A DNA stretch of 64,000 bases. It comes from Promethearchaeota archaeon. Lineage in GTDB: Archaea; Asgardarchaeota; Lokiarchaeia; Sigyniarchaeales; SOKP01. A model generated the notes under the pieces. That model was not told the origin of the DNA. It did not search any database and saw only the letters and a program-made list of their open reading frames with translations. Made by a program: the position numbers and the translations under genes. Location of the stretch: assembly GCA_048940445.1 (NCBI GenBank), contig JBHLON010000003.1:1-64000 (forward strand), given 5' to 3'. This document shows positions 10,923 to 21,149 of this stretch, piece by piece. Position 1 is the first letter of the stretch. Each line of letters opens with the position of its first letter.

Positions 10923-11134
10923 ATATTTCTCTTGTTTCTAATATGGTTATTTCAGTCTTTTTCTTAATAGTTTCTAATCCTTAATTTATTTAAATAATAT
11001 GGAGATCAATTGATAGATTTTTTAGTTATTCTAATTATCTATTATGATATTTAGATATTACTTTCGGAGTGTAATGCACTTATCATCATAAATAGATTAC
11101 AATATAAACTACCGACAACAATACATATTCATTC

Positions 11135-11764
11135 ATGCAAGATTTAATAGATTGTGTAAATGTTCTCAAGAGTTCTGAAGCATCAAAAATAATAGATTCA
11201 CGAATTAATGAATTCTCAGAGATTAAGGAAATGGATAGGAATGTTATCTTTAAGGAGCTTTGTTTCTGCATTATGACTGCGAATTGTGCTGCTGAAAAAT
11301 GTATCGAAATCCACGAAAAAATTGGAAAGAATTTTAATAATTTATCTCAAGCAGACTTAACAAAAATGTTTAAAAAACTTGGATATCGATTTCCTAATAT
11401 TAGATCCAAATATATTATAGAAGCAAGGAATAATAAAAATGTATTAATAGAAAAAATTAAATTCGACTCAAATAATGATAATTCCTTACGAGAATGGCTA
11501 GTAAAAAATATTAAAGGACTTGGGTATAAAGAAGCTAGCCATTTTTTAAGAAATATTGGATTTAAGAATTATGCTATTATAGATTTTCATATTGTAGACT
11601 TGTTAGTTAAATATAATCTAATTGAAAAGCCAAAACAAATATCAAAAAAGAAATATATTGAAATTGAAACTATTTTAAAAGATATTGGGACTAAGCTTAA
11701 TCTGAGTTTAGCTGAATTAGATCTTTATTTATGGTTTTTAGAAACTGGCAAAATTCTAAAATAG
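11135..11764 (+). CDS. ogg: 8-oxoguanine DNA glycosylase/AP lyase (archaeal Ogg)
   Basis: ELCFCIMTAN, GYRFPN.R, IKGLGYKEASHFLRNIG, AIIDFHI, LDLYLW...TGKILK. Confidence 0.92.
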   Translation: MQDLIDCVNVLKSSEASKIIDSRINEFSEIKEMDRNVIFKELCFCIMTANCAAEKCIEIHEKIGKNFNNLSQADLTKMFKKLGYRFPNIRSKYIIEARNNKNVLIEKIKFDSNNDNSLREWLVKNIKGLGYKEASHFLRNIGFKNYAIIDFHIVDLLVKYNLIEKPKQISKKKYIEIETILKDIGTKLNLSLAELDLYLWFLETGKILK

Positions 11765-11789
11765 TTAAAAAGAAAAGCTACAATTCTTT

Positions 11790-12056
11790 TTATAGGCTTA
11801 AGAAAGTCATATCTAAGTCAATCTCAGCTAGTTGAATTTTTCTCATAAATTCACTTGTACCACGTTCATTAACTAATAATTCGATAAGATTTTGATATAT
11901 AGCTTCAATATTATCTTGCCCCATTTTAAAATAAATCGTGTTACGTTGCAGTATAATTTTCAAAATTTCATATAAACCTTGGGTAGCTTTTTTAATATTT
12001 TCGAAGTTATTTATTGCCTTTTTTGTTGATTCAAAAATAATATCATCACTTTCCAT
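11790..12056 (-). CDS. Hypothetical protein (88 aa; start moved to ATG 12056)
   Basis: Strong SD AAGGAGG upstream of the ATG at 12056; the ORF-track extension to 12191 overlaps the upstream gene. Confidence 0.6.
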   Translation of the reverse strand: MESDDIIFESTKKAINNFENIKKATQGLYEILKIILQRNTIYFKMGQDNIEAIYQNLIELLVNERGTSEFMRKIQLAEIDLDMTFLSL

Positions 12057-12187
12057 ATCGTATATCCTCCTTAAATAGATTAAAAATGAGGGATTTAAAA
12101 ATTTCAATACAATTATTAAAGTATGTGACAACAACACTCTCATACTTCTTATAAAATAATTTAAGGATTCATCAAGAAGATTCTCAT

Positions 12188-12505
12188 TCAATCTAAACCT
12201 AAAAATACTTTAAACATAATATCCTCTTTTCCATCATCCACAGCTGTTATCTTATAATCAATTCCATATTGATCTCGAATTTTTGGCGCTGATTGGGTCG
12301 CTATAAACTTTTTCCTAATTCCAGCATGACGTCCATGCCAAAGCCATATTTGTTTATTTTCCTCATCAAGAAATAGAAAAATAGAATTCGGTTTTAGGAT
12401 CTTGTAGATTGGGCCATCCTCTAGCTCTAATTTTTTAAATTGTTCTAATTCCTCATCAATCTCAAAAACAAGAATTTGTTTTTCTAATTCAGTTATGCAA
12501 TTCAC
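12188..12505 (-). CDS. Single-domain gelsolin-like protein
   Basis: IFLFLD..KQIWLWHG..A...K.....A..I......I..VDDGKE...F..FL follows the gelsolin repeat pattern. Confidence 0.7.
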   Translation of the reverse strand: MNCITELEKQILVFEIDEELEQFKKLELEDGPIYKILKPNSIFLFLDEENKQIWLWHGRHAGIRKKFIATQSAPKIRDQYGIDYKITAVDDGKEDIMFKVFLGLD

Positions 12506-12648
12506 CGCAATTTATTCATAAAAAATTTTCTAATCAATAATTGGAAGTCAAGTTATCAGAACATAAGTAAGTAAATTAGGTTTTTAAAGTTTATAATGAA
12601 TAATTTTATTTATCTAAATTTTAATGAAAGAAAAAAAAACTAATAATT

Positions 12649-13758
12649 TTATATCTTCCAATTTCCTTCTTCATAAATAAGCTTTCCATCTGCGATAATT
12701 TTTGAACCAGGAACTTTCATATCTTTCAATATGTCCCAATGTATTACACTAAAATTCTTTGACCCTGTCTTAGGAATTCCCCTCCCTAACGCGCAGTGAA
12801 TGGTTCCTCCCATTTTTTCGTCAAATAACATATTTTTAGTAAATTGGGTAATTCCATAATTTGTCCCTATTGCGAATTCTCCTAATTTATCAGCATTCTT
12901 CATTTTTAGTATTTCTTGTAACAATTCTTGACCTTTATCTGCGGTTCCTTTAATTACTTTTCCATCTTTAAATTCTAAAGATATATTATGAATTTCTTGA
13001 CCTAGATAAATTCCAGGATAAGTAAATCGAATATGACCATTTACTGAATCTTCGATGGGTCCAGTGAAAACTTCACCATCAGGTAAGTTATTTTGACCAT
13101 TACAATTTTCCCAAATTCTTCCATCTACTGATAATGTTAAATCAGTATCTTCACCTAATACTTGCACATTTTTTACATTATTTAAATAAGTTACAATATT
13201 CTCTTGCTTTTTGTCTAAACTTTTCCACTCTTTTATAGCATCCTCTTTGTCTAAGAATAGTGCTTTCTCTACAAAAATTGAATAAGAATATAAGTCCATA
13301 TTTGCTTCTTGGGCATATGATTGGCATGGATAAGGAATTATCACCCACTTGATTTCTCCTTTTGCTTCTCTATCATTAAAGATTTTCAACATTTCATACC
13401 TCTTTGCAGCGCCTTGATTTCTGCCTATTTTCTTTGGATCAATTAGAGTTAACTTTTTCGTATTATAATCAGCAAATATTTGAACTAGTCCATCGAATTC
13501 TTTTGCTATACTAATGTAAATATCATCAAAATAACCTAGTTGATCATCAGTTGCATATTTGAAAAATAATTCATCTTCTCCTTCTAATTGGGGAATCAAA
13601 AATGGATGTCCACCAGCTTTTAAAATTTCAATTTGTAAAGCTAAAAATAATTCTTTTGCTAGCACAGGTCCCAATATAACAATTCTTTTTCCTTTCTCAA
13701 CATTAATTGAATATTTAATCGCTAGTTTTGCTAATTTCTCACAGTAGGGGTTTAAAAT
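12649..13758 (-). CDS. Thermophilic metalloaminopeptidase (M29, AmpS/AmpT family); probable non-canonical ATT start at 13758
   Basis: NLPDGEVFTGP, LGEFAIG, LFDEKMGGTIHCALG, SVIHWD; frame extends upstream with the conserved EKLAKLAIKYSINV; GGTGA SD upstream of ATT. Confidence 0.88.
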   Translation of the reverse strand: MLNPYCEKLAKLAIKYSINVEKGKRIVILGPVLAKELFLALQIEILKAGGHPFLIPQLEGEDELFFKYATDDQLGYFDDIYISIAKEFDGLVQIFADYNTKKLTLIDPKKIGRNQGAAKRYEMLKIFNDREAKGEIKWVIIPYPCQSYAQEANMDLYSYSIFVEKALFLDKEDAIKEWKSLDKKQENIVTYLNNVKNVQVLGEDTDLTLSVDGRIWENCNGQNNLPDGEVFTGPIEDSVNGHIRFTYPGIYLGQEIHNISLEFKDGKVIKGTADKGQELLQEILKMKNADKLGEFAIGTNYGITQFTKNMLFDEKMGGTIHCALGRGIPKTGSKNFSVIHWDILKDMKVPGSKIIADGKLIYEEGNWKI

Positions 13759-13937
13759 AGTATCACCATCTCTTAAAAATTAATTAAAATAGGATTTCAT
13801 ATTAGTTTTAGATTACATTACTTCATATTTAAAAATTGTTTAATTAGATTTAGAACATCATTAGAAATATAAGAAAAACTTTTAAATTATTGGTGAGAAA
13901 TTGAAATATTAAAAGAATAATTTATAATGTTTGTATT

Positions 13938-14156
13938 ATGAATATTAAGAAATGGGAAGATAACGAACATTGGGTAGAAGTTGATTTGGATTTATGCATT
14001 GGAGCAGCAGACTGCATAGATGTTTGCCCTGCCGAAGTCTTTAGATTAGAGGATGGAAAAGTTGTAGCAGATAATATTGGGGAATGTACTGACTGCTTAG
14101 CATGTGATGGAGTGTGTCCTACTAATGCTATTTTACGTCATTCCGCATGGGAATAA
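13938..14156 (+). CDS. 2x[4Fe-4S] ferredoxin
   Basis: CIGAADCIDVCP and CTDCLACDGVCP. Confidence 0.9.
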   Translation: MNIKKWEDNEHWVEVDLDLCIGAADCIDVCPAEVFRLEDGKVVADNIGECTDCLACDGVCPTNAILRHSAWE

Positions 14157-14447
14157 CCTGTTTATAAACCTGCATTTCCACCATCGATAACAAATAAACT
14201 CTTTTTTTCTATATTTTTATCCAAAATTACCACCAAATTCTATAATGATTTACTACCTGAAACTATTTAAAATCATAATTTACTTTTTTGTCGAATTATT
14301 ACAAGAGTTCATGGGTTAGCTTAATTTTTATTTTAAAGAAGAAAAATTGAGGGAAATGTTTCCCTCGTTAACATAAATATTTAAATACTTTTAGTACAAT
14401 TATTAATAACATCATTTCAATTAGAAATGGTAATAAAACAATAAAAT

Positions 14448-14729
14448 GTGATATCAATGGGAAAAGTTTTTGGAATTCTTGGATTAATTTTTGGTATTGT
14501 ATCCATTGCGTTATGCTGGATCTTCTTCCTCGGTATTCCTCTTGGAGCACTGGGAATCATATTTGGAGGAATAGGAATTGCTAAAGATGATTCAAAGGGA
14601 TTAGGAATAGCTGGATTGATTTTAGGAATAATTGGACTTGTACTAAGCATTCTCTTCATAACAGTTCTTGCAATTTTTATTGCTGGGATATATGGGGGAT
14701 TATTCGGCGGAGGCATGTTTCCATTTTGA
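14448..14729 (+). CDS. Small membrane protein (DUF4190-like)
   Basis: LGLIFGIVSI...GIIFGGIGI...GLGIAGLILGIIG pattern. Confidence 0.65.
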   Translation: MISMGKVFGILGLIFGIVSIALCWIFFLGIPLGALGIIFGGIGIAKDDSKGLGIAGLILGIIGLVLSILFITVLAIFIAGIYGGLFGGGMFPF

Positions 14730-14816
14730 ACTAGATAACGCGAAAAATCAATTTATAAATATTTTTTTTATTTAATTATAATTCTTTAGATTTGAGCTAA
14801 AATTAGATTTTCTAAT

Positions 14817-15881
14817 TTATTTCAATAATATATCCCAGTTAAGATTATTCTTTACTAATTCTTTTACGATTTGAATTTCTTCTTCTTGAATTCCTGGTTT
14901 AACCCTTTCCATATTTCGTATTGTAGTATATGTATCACTGGGACTTAAAAGAATTGGCACTTTCTTCTCGTTTGCAGCGCTTATAACAGCAACATCAGGT
15001 TGAATAAATCCCGTCAATACTAAAGCTACTACATCTTCTTTTAATGCAGCTAGAGAAACATCAACTCTGTCGCCTCCTGTAATTACAGCAGCTCGTTTAA
15101 CAGATCGTAAATATTTTAATGCGGCTTGAACATTCATGGCAGCAATAATATAAGTTTCAACAATTTGGTTTAAGTTTTCTCGGGCAGGTTCATTAAGTAA
15201 TTCAGCTCCAATAGCAAATTGAATTTCAGAAACTCTGGGACTCAATAATTCTAAGGTTTTTTCAATTAAGCCAATTATAGGAATTTTATAACGTATAATA
15301 TGGTTTTCCTGCAATTCTTTAATTCGAGCCTCATAATCATAATCAATCTTGTTGAAAATTATTCCTTTAAATTTCATATTTCTAAATTCGAAATATTTTT
15401 TGGTAAAAAATAAGTTATCAATGCACTTGTCTGACGATTCTGCTTGTATAAAAACTAGTTCACTTAATCCTAATTTTTGAGCCACAGTTACATCGTCTAA
15501 TCCCACACGAATATACTTTTTGATGCTAGGAGCACCTTCAATGATTACATAATCATACTCCTTATCTAATTCATCGTAGGCTTTCTTTATATTATTCAAA
15601 TAATCTTCCTTCTTTGATACATCGATTAAATCTACATAATAGCAATCTGGAATCGAGACAGGGCTAATAATATCATATGGTAATGAAGTTTTAAATACAG
15701 TGCTTTGTATGAAACCTACATCTCTATCAGCCTTGTTACTAAAAGCTCCCCTAGGAATTCCAATCGGTTTAAAGTAGGCTACCCTTTTACCATCTTCCTG
15801 TAACTTCAACATTATTCCTATTGATAGTAAACTTTTTCCAACATGCTCAGATAAAGAACACAAATATATTGTTTTTGCCAT
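14817..15881 (-). CDS. Phosphotransacetylase N-terminal family protein (BioD-like P-loop plus DRTGG domain)
   Basis: HVGKS, AYFKPIG, IIEGA, ITGGDR; co-oriented with the ADP-forming ACS. Confidence 0.85.
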   Translation of the reverse strand: MAKTIYLCSLSEHVGKSLLSIGIMLKLQEDGKRVAYFKPIGIPRGAFSNKADRDVGFIQSTVFKTSLPYDIISPVSIPDCYYVDLIDVSKKEDYLNNIKKAYDELDKEYDYVIIEGAPSIKKYIRVGLDDVTVAQKLGLSELVFIQAESSDKCIDNLFFTKKYFEFRNMKFKGIIFNKIDYDYEARIKELQENHIIRYKIPIIGLIEKTLELLSPRVSEIQFAIGAELLNEPARENLNQIVETYIIAAMNVQAALKYLRSVKRAAVITGGDRVDVSLAALKEDVVALVLTGFIQPDVAVISAANEKKVPILLSPSDTYTTIRNMERVKPGIQEEEIQIVKELVKNNLNWDILLK

Positions 15882-15945
15882 AACTACATCATTCCTTCTT
15901 CGATCATTTTAATTATATCTATTAAATATTTTATATTTTCTTAAT

Positions 15946-18117
15946 TCATTCACGAGAGATTGTAATTTTAATATCGACAGCAGAATATCCTTTAATAAAA
16001 CTTAAAAGAGGGTTGATGTCCAATTCCATAATATCCGGGAAATCATTAACTAATTGTGAAAGTCTTAATAAAACATCGATAATTGCATCTATATCTGAAG
16101 GATTCTCCCCTCTTACACCTTGCAACAAATTAAATATTTTAGTTTTTTGAAGCATTTTTTTAGCTTCCTGTTCATTAAATTTGTATGATAAAGCAAATGA
16201 TACATCTTTTAGAAAATTGGCATAAATCCCTCCTGATCCTACCATTAAAAGGGAGCCAAATTGTGGATCTCTTGAAACTCCAACAATTAATTCATTTACT
16301 TTTTTTTGTTTTTTGAGATCAATCATTTCTTGCACTTCTACACCATAAATTTTTGCGTTTTGAGGTCCGAATTTTTTTGAATTATCTATTATTTGAATAT
16401 ACGCTTCAAATGCTTGTTCTGGTGATCTGACATCTAAGATTATTCCTCCAACATCAGTTTTATGTATTATTTGAGGACTTACTATTTTCATAACAGCAGT
16501 TCCAAGCTTTGTCTGTAACTTCATTGCTTCACGAGGCGTATGTGCTAATTTTGATTTTGGCGATTTAATTCCGTAGCATTCAAATACCTCACTTGATTCA
16601 TAACTCAAAAGCACAGTTCTACCATCCTTTCTAACATTCTGAAAGATTTCCTTAACTCTTTCTTGATTCTCTTTAAATTGAGGGATCTTTAGTTTATCTA
16701 ATGGAACACTTTGTAAGTATTCACCATATTCAACCATTGATTTAAGGGATTGTGCACCTTCTTCAGGAAAAGGATAACAAGGAATGTGATGTTGCCTTAA
16801 ATAATTGGCAGCTTCATTAACGGAAATTCCCCCTATAAAAGAACAAATTATGGGCTTTTCTGATAAATACTCTTTCGATATATTATTTATTATTTTAGCA
16901 ACATCATTGGGATGCGTTTGTGCCTGAGGAGACATTATAATTAATGCTCCATAAGTAGTTACATCATCTTTATCAATTTTAATTGGTGGATTACCTGAAT
17001 TTAGGCCAAAAATTGTTTTGATAGTAAACTCATAACGTTCGGGACTTGCATCTCCAACAATATCCACAGGATTGAAAATTGCGGCTTCTTGTGGAAGACT
17101 ATCACGTAATTGATGTAGAATTGGCTCAGTGAATTGAGCAAACTTTAAATTTTCACGTTCAAATGAATCTGTAGCGACAATTCCTGGCCCACCTGCATTC
17201 GTTATAATTGCAAATGAATTTTTTCTGGGAATGGGTTGGTAAAGAAATATTTCCCCATAGTCAAACAAATCTTCTATAGTTTTTGCTCTTAAAACTCCAC
17301 ATTTTTCAAACGCAAGAGTATAAGCAATATCAGAACCAGCAAGAGCACCAGTATGACTTGATGCTGCTCTTGCTCCAGCTTCACTAATACCTGCTTTTAA
17401 AATAATTATTGGCTTTTTTCTTGATGCTTTTGAAACTTGTTTCAGGAACTTCTCTCCATTTTCTATACTTTCTAAATAACATAAAATAACTTTTGTTTCA
17501 GGATCTTCCGCTAAATATTCGATAAAATCAACTTCATCGAGGTCTGCTTTATTTCCTAAGCTTATATTACAAGAAAATCCAAAAGCTTGATCCATCGAAT
17601 AATCCATCAATCCGGTTAACATTGCCCCTGATTGAGAAATCATCGCAATATGTCCTTTTTTGGGAGTATTGGCTGCGAAAGATCCATTATACTTATTTCC
17701 TATGAACCCTAAACAATTGGGCCCAATGATTCTCATTTCATATTTCTTCGCAATAGCAGTAAGATCACGTTCTCTCTGTATACCTTCGCCTCCAATTTCT
17801 TTAAATCCAGCAGTAATTATTACCACGCCTTTAACATTTTTCTTTCCACATTCCTCAGCTACAGAATTAACATATTTTGCTGGAATTACAATAATTGCAA
17901 CTTCGATCTCATCTGGAACATCTAGTACACTTTTAAAGGTTTTATGATTAAGAATTTGTTTCGCTGTAGGATTAATAGGGTAAACTTTTCCGGAAAATCC
18001 CGAGTCTATTATATTTTTCAATACATTATAACCAACCTTACCAGGGGTAGAGCTTGCTCCGATTACTGCAATACTCTTTGGATTAAAAAAATAGGAGAGT
18101 TCGTGATCAATTGTCAT
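15946..18117 (-). CDS. acdAB: Acetate/acyl-CoA ligase (ADP-forming), fused alpha-beta subunits
   Basis: IAVIGAS..PGKVG, IGPNCLG, SQSGA, SHTGALAG (phospho-His), NAGGPG, NPVD, HKTDVGG, ELDINP. Confidence 0.93.
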   Translation of the reverse strand: MTIDHELSYFFNPKSIAVIGASSTPGKVGYNVLKNIIDSGFSGKVYPINPTAKQILNHKTFKSVLDVPDEIEVAIIVIPAKYVNSVAEECGKKNVKGVVIITAGFKEIGGEGIQRERDLTAIAKKYEMRIIGPNCLGFIGNKYNGSFAANTPKKGHIAMISQSGAMLTGLMDYSMDQAFGFSCNISLGNKADLDEVDFIEYLAEDPETKVILCYLESIENGEKFLKQVSKASRKKPIIILKAGISEAGARAASSHTGALAGSDIAYTLAFEKCGVLRAKTIEDLFDYGEIFLYQPIPRKNSFAIITNAGGPGIVATDSFERENLKFAQFTEPILHQLRDSLPQEAAIFNPVDIVGDASPERYEFTIKTIFGLNSGNPPIKIDKDDVTTYGALIIMSPQAQTHPNDVAKIINNISKEYLSEKPIICSFIGGISVNEAANYLRQHHIPCYPFPEEGAQSLKSMVEYGEYLQSVPLDKLKIPQFKENQERVKEIFQNVRKDGRTVLLSYESSEVFECYGIKSPKSKLAHTPREAMKLQTKLGTAVMKIVSPQIIHKTDVGGIILDVRSPEQAFEAYIQIIDNSKKFGPQNAKIYGVEVQEMIDLKKQKKVNELIVGVSRDPQFGSLLMVGSGGIYANFLKDVSFALSYKFNEQEAKKMLQKTKIFNLLQGVRGENPSDIDAIIDVLLRLSQLVNDFPDIMELDINPLLSFIKGYSAVDIKITISRE

Positions 18118-18250
18118 ACTAATTATTTTTTTGAATGATAATAGATCTATGAACGTACTTTATTTATATTAATTTTAAATTTTTTATAAATTGAAAACAA
18201 AAAATTTTGTTTTAAGCATAATTTTAATTAAAAGATATTTTAGAATATCT

Positions 18251-18727
18251 ATGACAAAAATAACAATAGTAACAAATAAAGGAAATATTAACCTCAATCT
18301 GTTTGATAATGATGCTCCCTTAACTGTAGCTAGCTTTCTTTTTTTAGCTAAACGTGGATTTTATAGTAATCTAAAATTTCATAGAGTTATAAAAAGCTTT
18401 ATGATTCAGGGTGGAGATCCAATGGGAAATGGTATGGGAGGACCCAGATCTAAAAGAATTGATTCTTTTCCTTATCAAGGACGCGAAATTAAATATCCTT
18501 TTGCTGATGAATTTCAATCCAATAGGAAATTTGATAAACCCGGAATTTTAGCTATGGCAAACGCAGGTCCTAATACAAATGGTAGTCAGTTCTTCATAAC
18601 TCATGTACCAACACCACATTTGAATAATAAACACACGATTTTTGGAGAGGTGCTTGGTTCAGATGATCAGAAAATTGTAGATTCAATCGCTCAAGGAGAT
18701 ATTATTAGGGAGATTAAAGTTCTTTAA
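18251..18727 (+). CDS. Cyclophilin-type peptidyl-prolyl isomerase
   Basis: FHRVIKSFMIQGGDP, LAMANAGPNTNGSQFFIT, HTIFG; ATG 18251 preferred over TTG 18191. Confidence 0.95.
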   Translation: MTKITIVTNKGNINLNLFDNDAPLTVASFLFLAKRGFYSNLKFHRVIKSFMIQGGDPMGNGMGGPRSKRIDSFPYQGREIKYPFADEFQSNRKFDKPGILAMANAGPNTNGSQFFITHVPTPHLNNKHTIFGEVLGSDDQKIVDSIAQGDIIREIKVL

Positions 18728-18776
18728 AAAAATGTAGGTAAAAAAATATAATTATTTTTTTTAATTTAATATCATT

Positions 18777-18998
18777 TTAATAATCGTCCTCATCATCATA
18801 GTCATCGTCCTCATCTTCATCATAGTCTTCTTCGTCATCGTTCTCAAAATCATCATCCCATTCTCCATCATTATAATCATCTAAATCTTCATCCTCATCT
18901 TCATCCTCATCTTCATCCCAATCGTCTTCTTCGTCCCAATCATCATCTTCATCTTCTCTGGGGCTTAAATCCAATTCAGGAACATCTTCATCTGTCAT
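18777..18998 (-). CDS. Very acidic, intrinsically disordered small protein
   Basis: 73 aa, mostly Asp/Glu; GGAGGT SD directly upstream. Confidence 0.7.
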   Translation of the reverse strand: MTDEDVPELDLSPREDEDDDWDEEDDWDEDEDEDEDEDLDDYNDGEWDDDFENDDEEDYDEDEDDDYDDEDDY

Positions 18999-19211
18999 AT
19001 GAATACCTCCAATGTTTTGCAGTGAAGCTTTAAAATCTTAAATAATTTTCTAATGAAATAAATTTTAAACAAATTTTTAAATATTACTATTTACTTTGCC
19101 GTGAATCATTTATACTTAGAGAGGTTATTTTCGTAAACTATTATTTTTTGAAAAATGTGAATATTTTTTAATTCAAACTTTCATAACATAAATAAAATAA
19201 ACATTCAAAAT

Positions 19212-20642
19212 ATGAGCAAAGATCTAAAAGATCTAATTGAATCAATTGATTCTGCGAATCGTGCGCACTTAGATTTAGAGAGAATAATTCGCTTTTTAAA
19301 AGAAGAGGTACAGAGGTTAACGTTTACTGTAAATGAGCAAAAAAAGATTATCCAAAATCAACGTGCTAAACTTGATGATATTCAAGAAAATGACTTACCA
19401 ACTGATATTGAAACATTAAAAGAAATCATTTCTAACCAACGACAAGATTTGATAAAAAAAGATAAAGATATCGAAATTTTAGAGCAAACCATAGAAGATA
19501 TAACGATAGAATTAGGTAATACTAAAAATTATAGTGAAGAGAGTGAAGAACTAGTCTATACGAATAAGGTTATAGTTCAATTAACTGAAGAAAATGAACT
19601 AAAAAAGGCACAAATCAAAGATTTAGAAGAAGAATTGGAAATACTAAAAGAAAAATTTGAGTCTTCGAAGCAACTCGAATTAAATGATAAAGCCCAACAA
19701 TTGATTGATGCAAAAAAGATTATTTTTCAACTTACTGAGGAAAATGGATTAAATAGAGTAAAAATAGAGTCATTAAAAGCTGAATTACAAGAGCTTAAAA
19801 ACAAATTAGAGGAAACAGAGAATCTTAAACAGGACCTTAGTGAAGAATTAGAGAGTCTTACCAAAGCTCATACAGATATAATTAATGAAAACCAAGAATA
19901 CCCAAAAAAACTAGAAAATAGATTGGACTCATATCAGAGTGAAATTCATAATAATGAGAAGGACGAATTAATAGTTAAAATTAAGGATTTAGAAATAGAA
20001 AATGAAAATTTAAGAACAGCTTTAGATTCAAATACAACAATTTCAGATAATTTAAAATTTCGTAATAATGAGCTTGTAAAAGAATTAAATCAAATCAAAA
20101 ATCTTGAACTTAGTAGAGAAAGTGAATATAGAAAAAACATGACCTTGAAAGAAGAAGAATTAGATCTTATTAATGCGAAATTAGAGAAAACCCAAAACGC
20201 AAATAAGCAACTAAATGAAACGTTGATAAAATTGAAAGAACAAGAAGAAAAAGCGATATCTAAAAATAGATTACAATTAACGCAGGAAAAATCAGATTTC
20301 CAAGAAATTAGTCCCAATATTTTTATCAATATGTTTAAATTATTAGATAATAATTCTCAAAATCTTATTGTTGATACATTAATTAATGGTCTAAACAATT
20401 CTAACAGAACAAAAAAGATTGCGACAATAAAACAATTAAGCATGATTAAAGATAATAAAGTATTTACAGCTTTTAAGAACTTGATTAAAGATAACGATTG
20501 GATTGTAAAATTGTATCTTATAAAAGCCTTAATGAAATATGATACTTTAGAAGTAAAAAATTTATTAACTGAACTCAAAAAAGATAAAGATGTTGATGTT
20601 CGGGAGACTGCCAAAAAAGCTTTTGGTGAACTTTTTAATTAA
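19212..20642 (+). CDS. Long coiled-coil protein with C-terminal HEAT repeats
   Basis: About 350 aa of heptad-rich E/K/L sequence; DNDWIVK and DKDVDVRETA HEAT motifs. Confidence 0.75.
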   Translation: MSKDLKDLIESIDSANRAHLDLERIIRFLKEEVQRLTFTVNEQKKIIQNQRAKLDDIQENDLPTDIETLKEIISNQRQDLIKKDKDIEILEQTIEDITIELGNTKNYSEESEELVYTNKVIVQLTEENELKKAQIKDLEEELEILKEKFESSKQLELNDKAQQLIDAKKIIFQLTEENGLNRVKIESLKAELQELKNKLEETENLKQDLSEELESLTKAHTDIINENQEYPKKLENRLDSYQSEIHNNEKDELIVKIKDLEIENENLRTALDSNTTISDNLKFRNNELVKELNQIKNLELSRESEYRKNMTLKEEELDLINAKLEKTQNANKQLNETLIKLKEQEEKAISKNRLQLTQEKSDFQEISPNIFINMFKLLDNNSQNLIVDTLINGLNNSNRTKKIATIKQLSMIKDNKVFTAFKNLIKDNDWIVKLYLIKALMKYDTLEVKNLLTELKKDKDVDVRETAKKAFGELFN

Positions 20643-20776
20643 TTAAGGACCTATATCATAACCCGTTAATATATTTTTAAAAAAAATATATATAAGAAAT
20701 ACATACTGTTTTTCATGTAATAGAAACAATAACAGGTATTTGATCCTTTAAATCTTTAAAATAACCAAAATTAGAT

Positions 20777-21037
20777 ATGGTTAGGCAATTAACTCCAAAT
20801 AGATGGAATTGGTCACAAGCAGATGGAAAATGGGTTTACATTGAATTGACTCATAAGGGAGAAAAAAAGTATTATTACCAATTACATCCTCCTCGAGAAT
20901 TTATAGATCTAACCTATAAGATTAAACTATTAAATGACAAATTAATCGCATGTAAAGATCCAACAGAAAATGATAGAATTTTTAATAAAATGATGAAAAT
21001 TTCTAAGCGAATGCAATCTATGAGTAGAACTAGCTAA
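20777..21037 (+). CDS. Hypothetical protein
   Basis: 86-aa ORF. Confidence 0.55.
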   Translation: MVRQLTPNRWNWSQADGKWVYIELTHKGEKKYYYQLHPPREFIDLTYKIKLLNDKLIACKDPTENDRIFNKMMKISKRMQSMSRTS

Positions 21038-21149
21038 TTTTAATATGTTATAAAATTACTTTGAAAATTCTTATTAAGTTTAATATAAAGCTTTTTTTTC
21101 ATGAAAATTTGTAAACTAAATATTTAATATTATTTATTCACTTACTCAA

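Noticed and set aside
14163-14205. Minus-strand SLFVIDGGNAGL* resembling the C-terminus of a short-chain dehydrogenase
   Set aside because: Too short to support as a gene remnant.
18446-18495. ~15-aa insertion in the cyclophilin containing a small hairpin, considered as a second BHB intron
   Set aside because: No 4-bp central helix flanked by two 3-nt bulges at positions that would restore the consensus; probably a protein loop.
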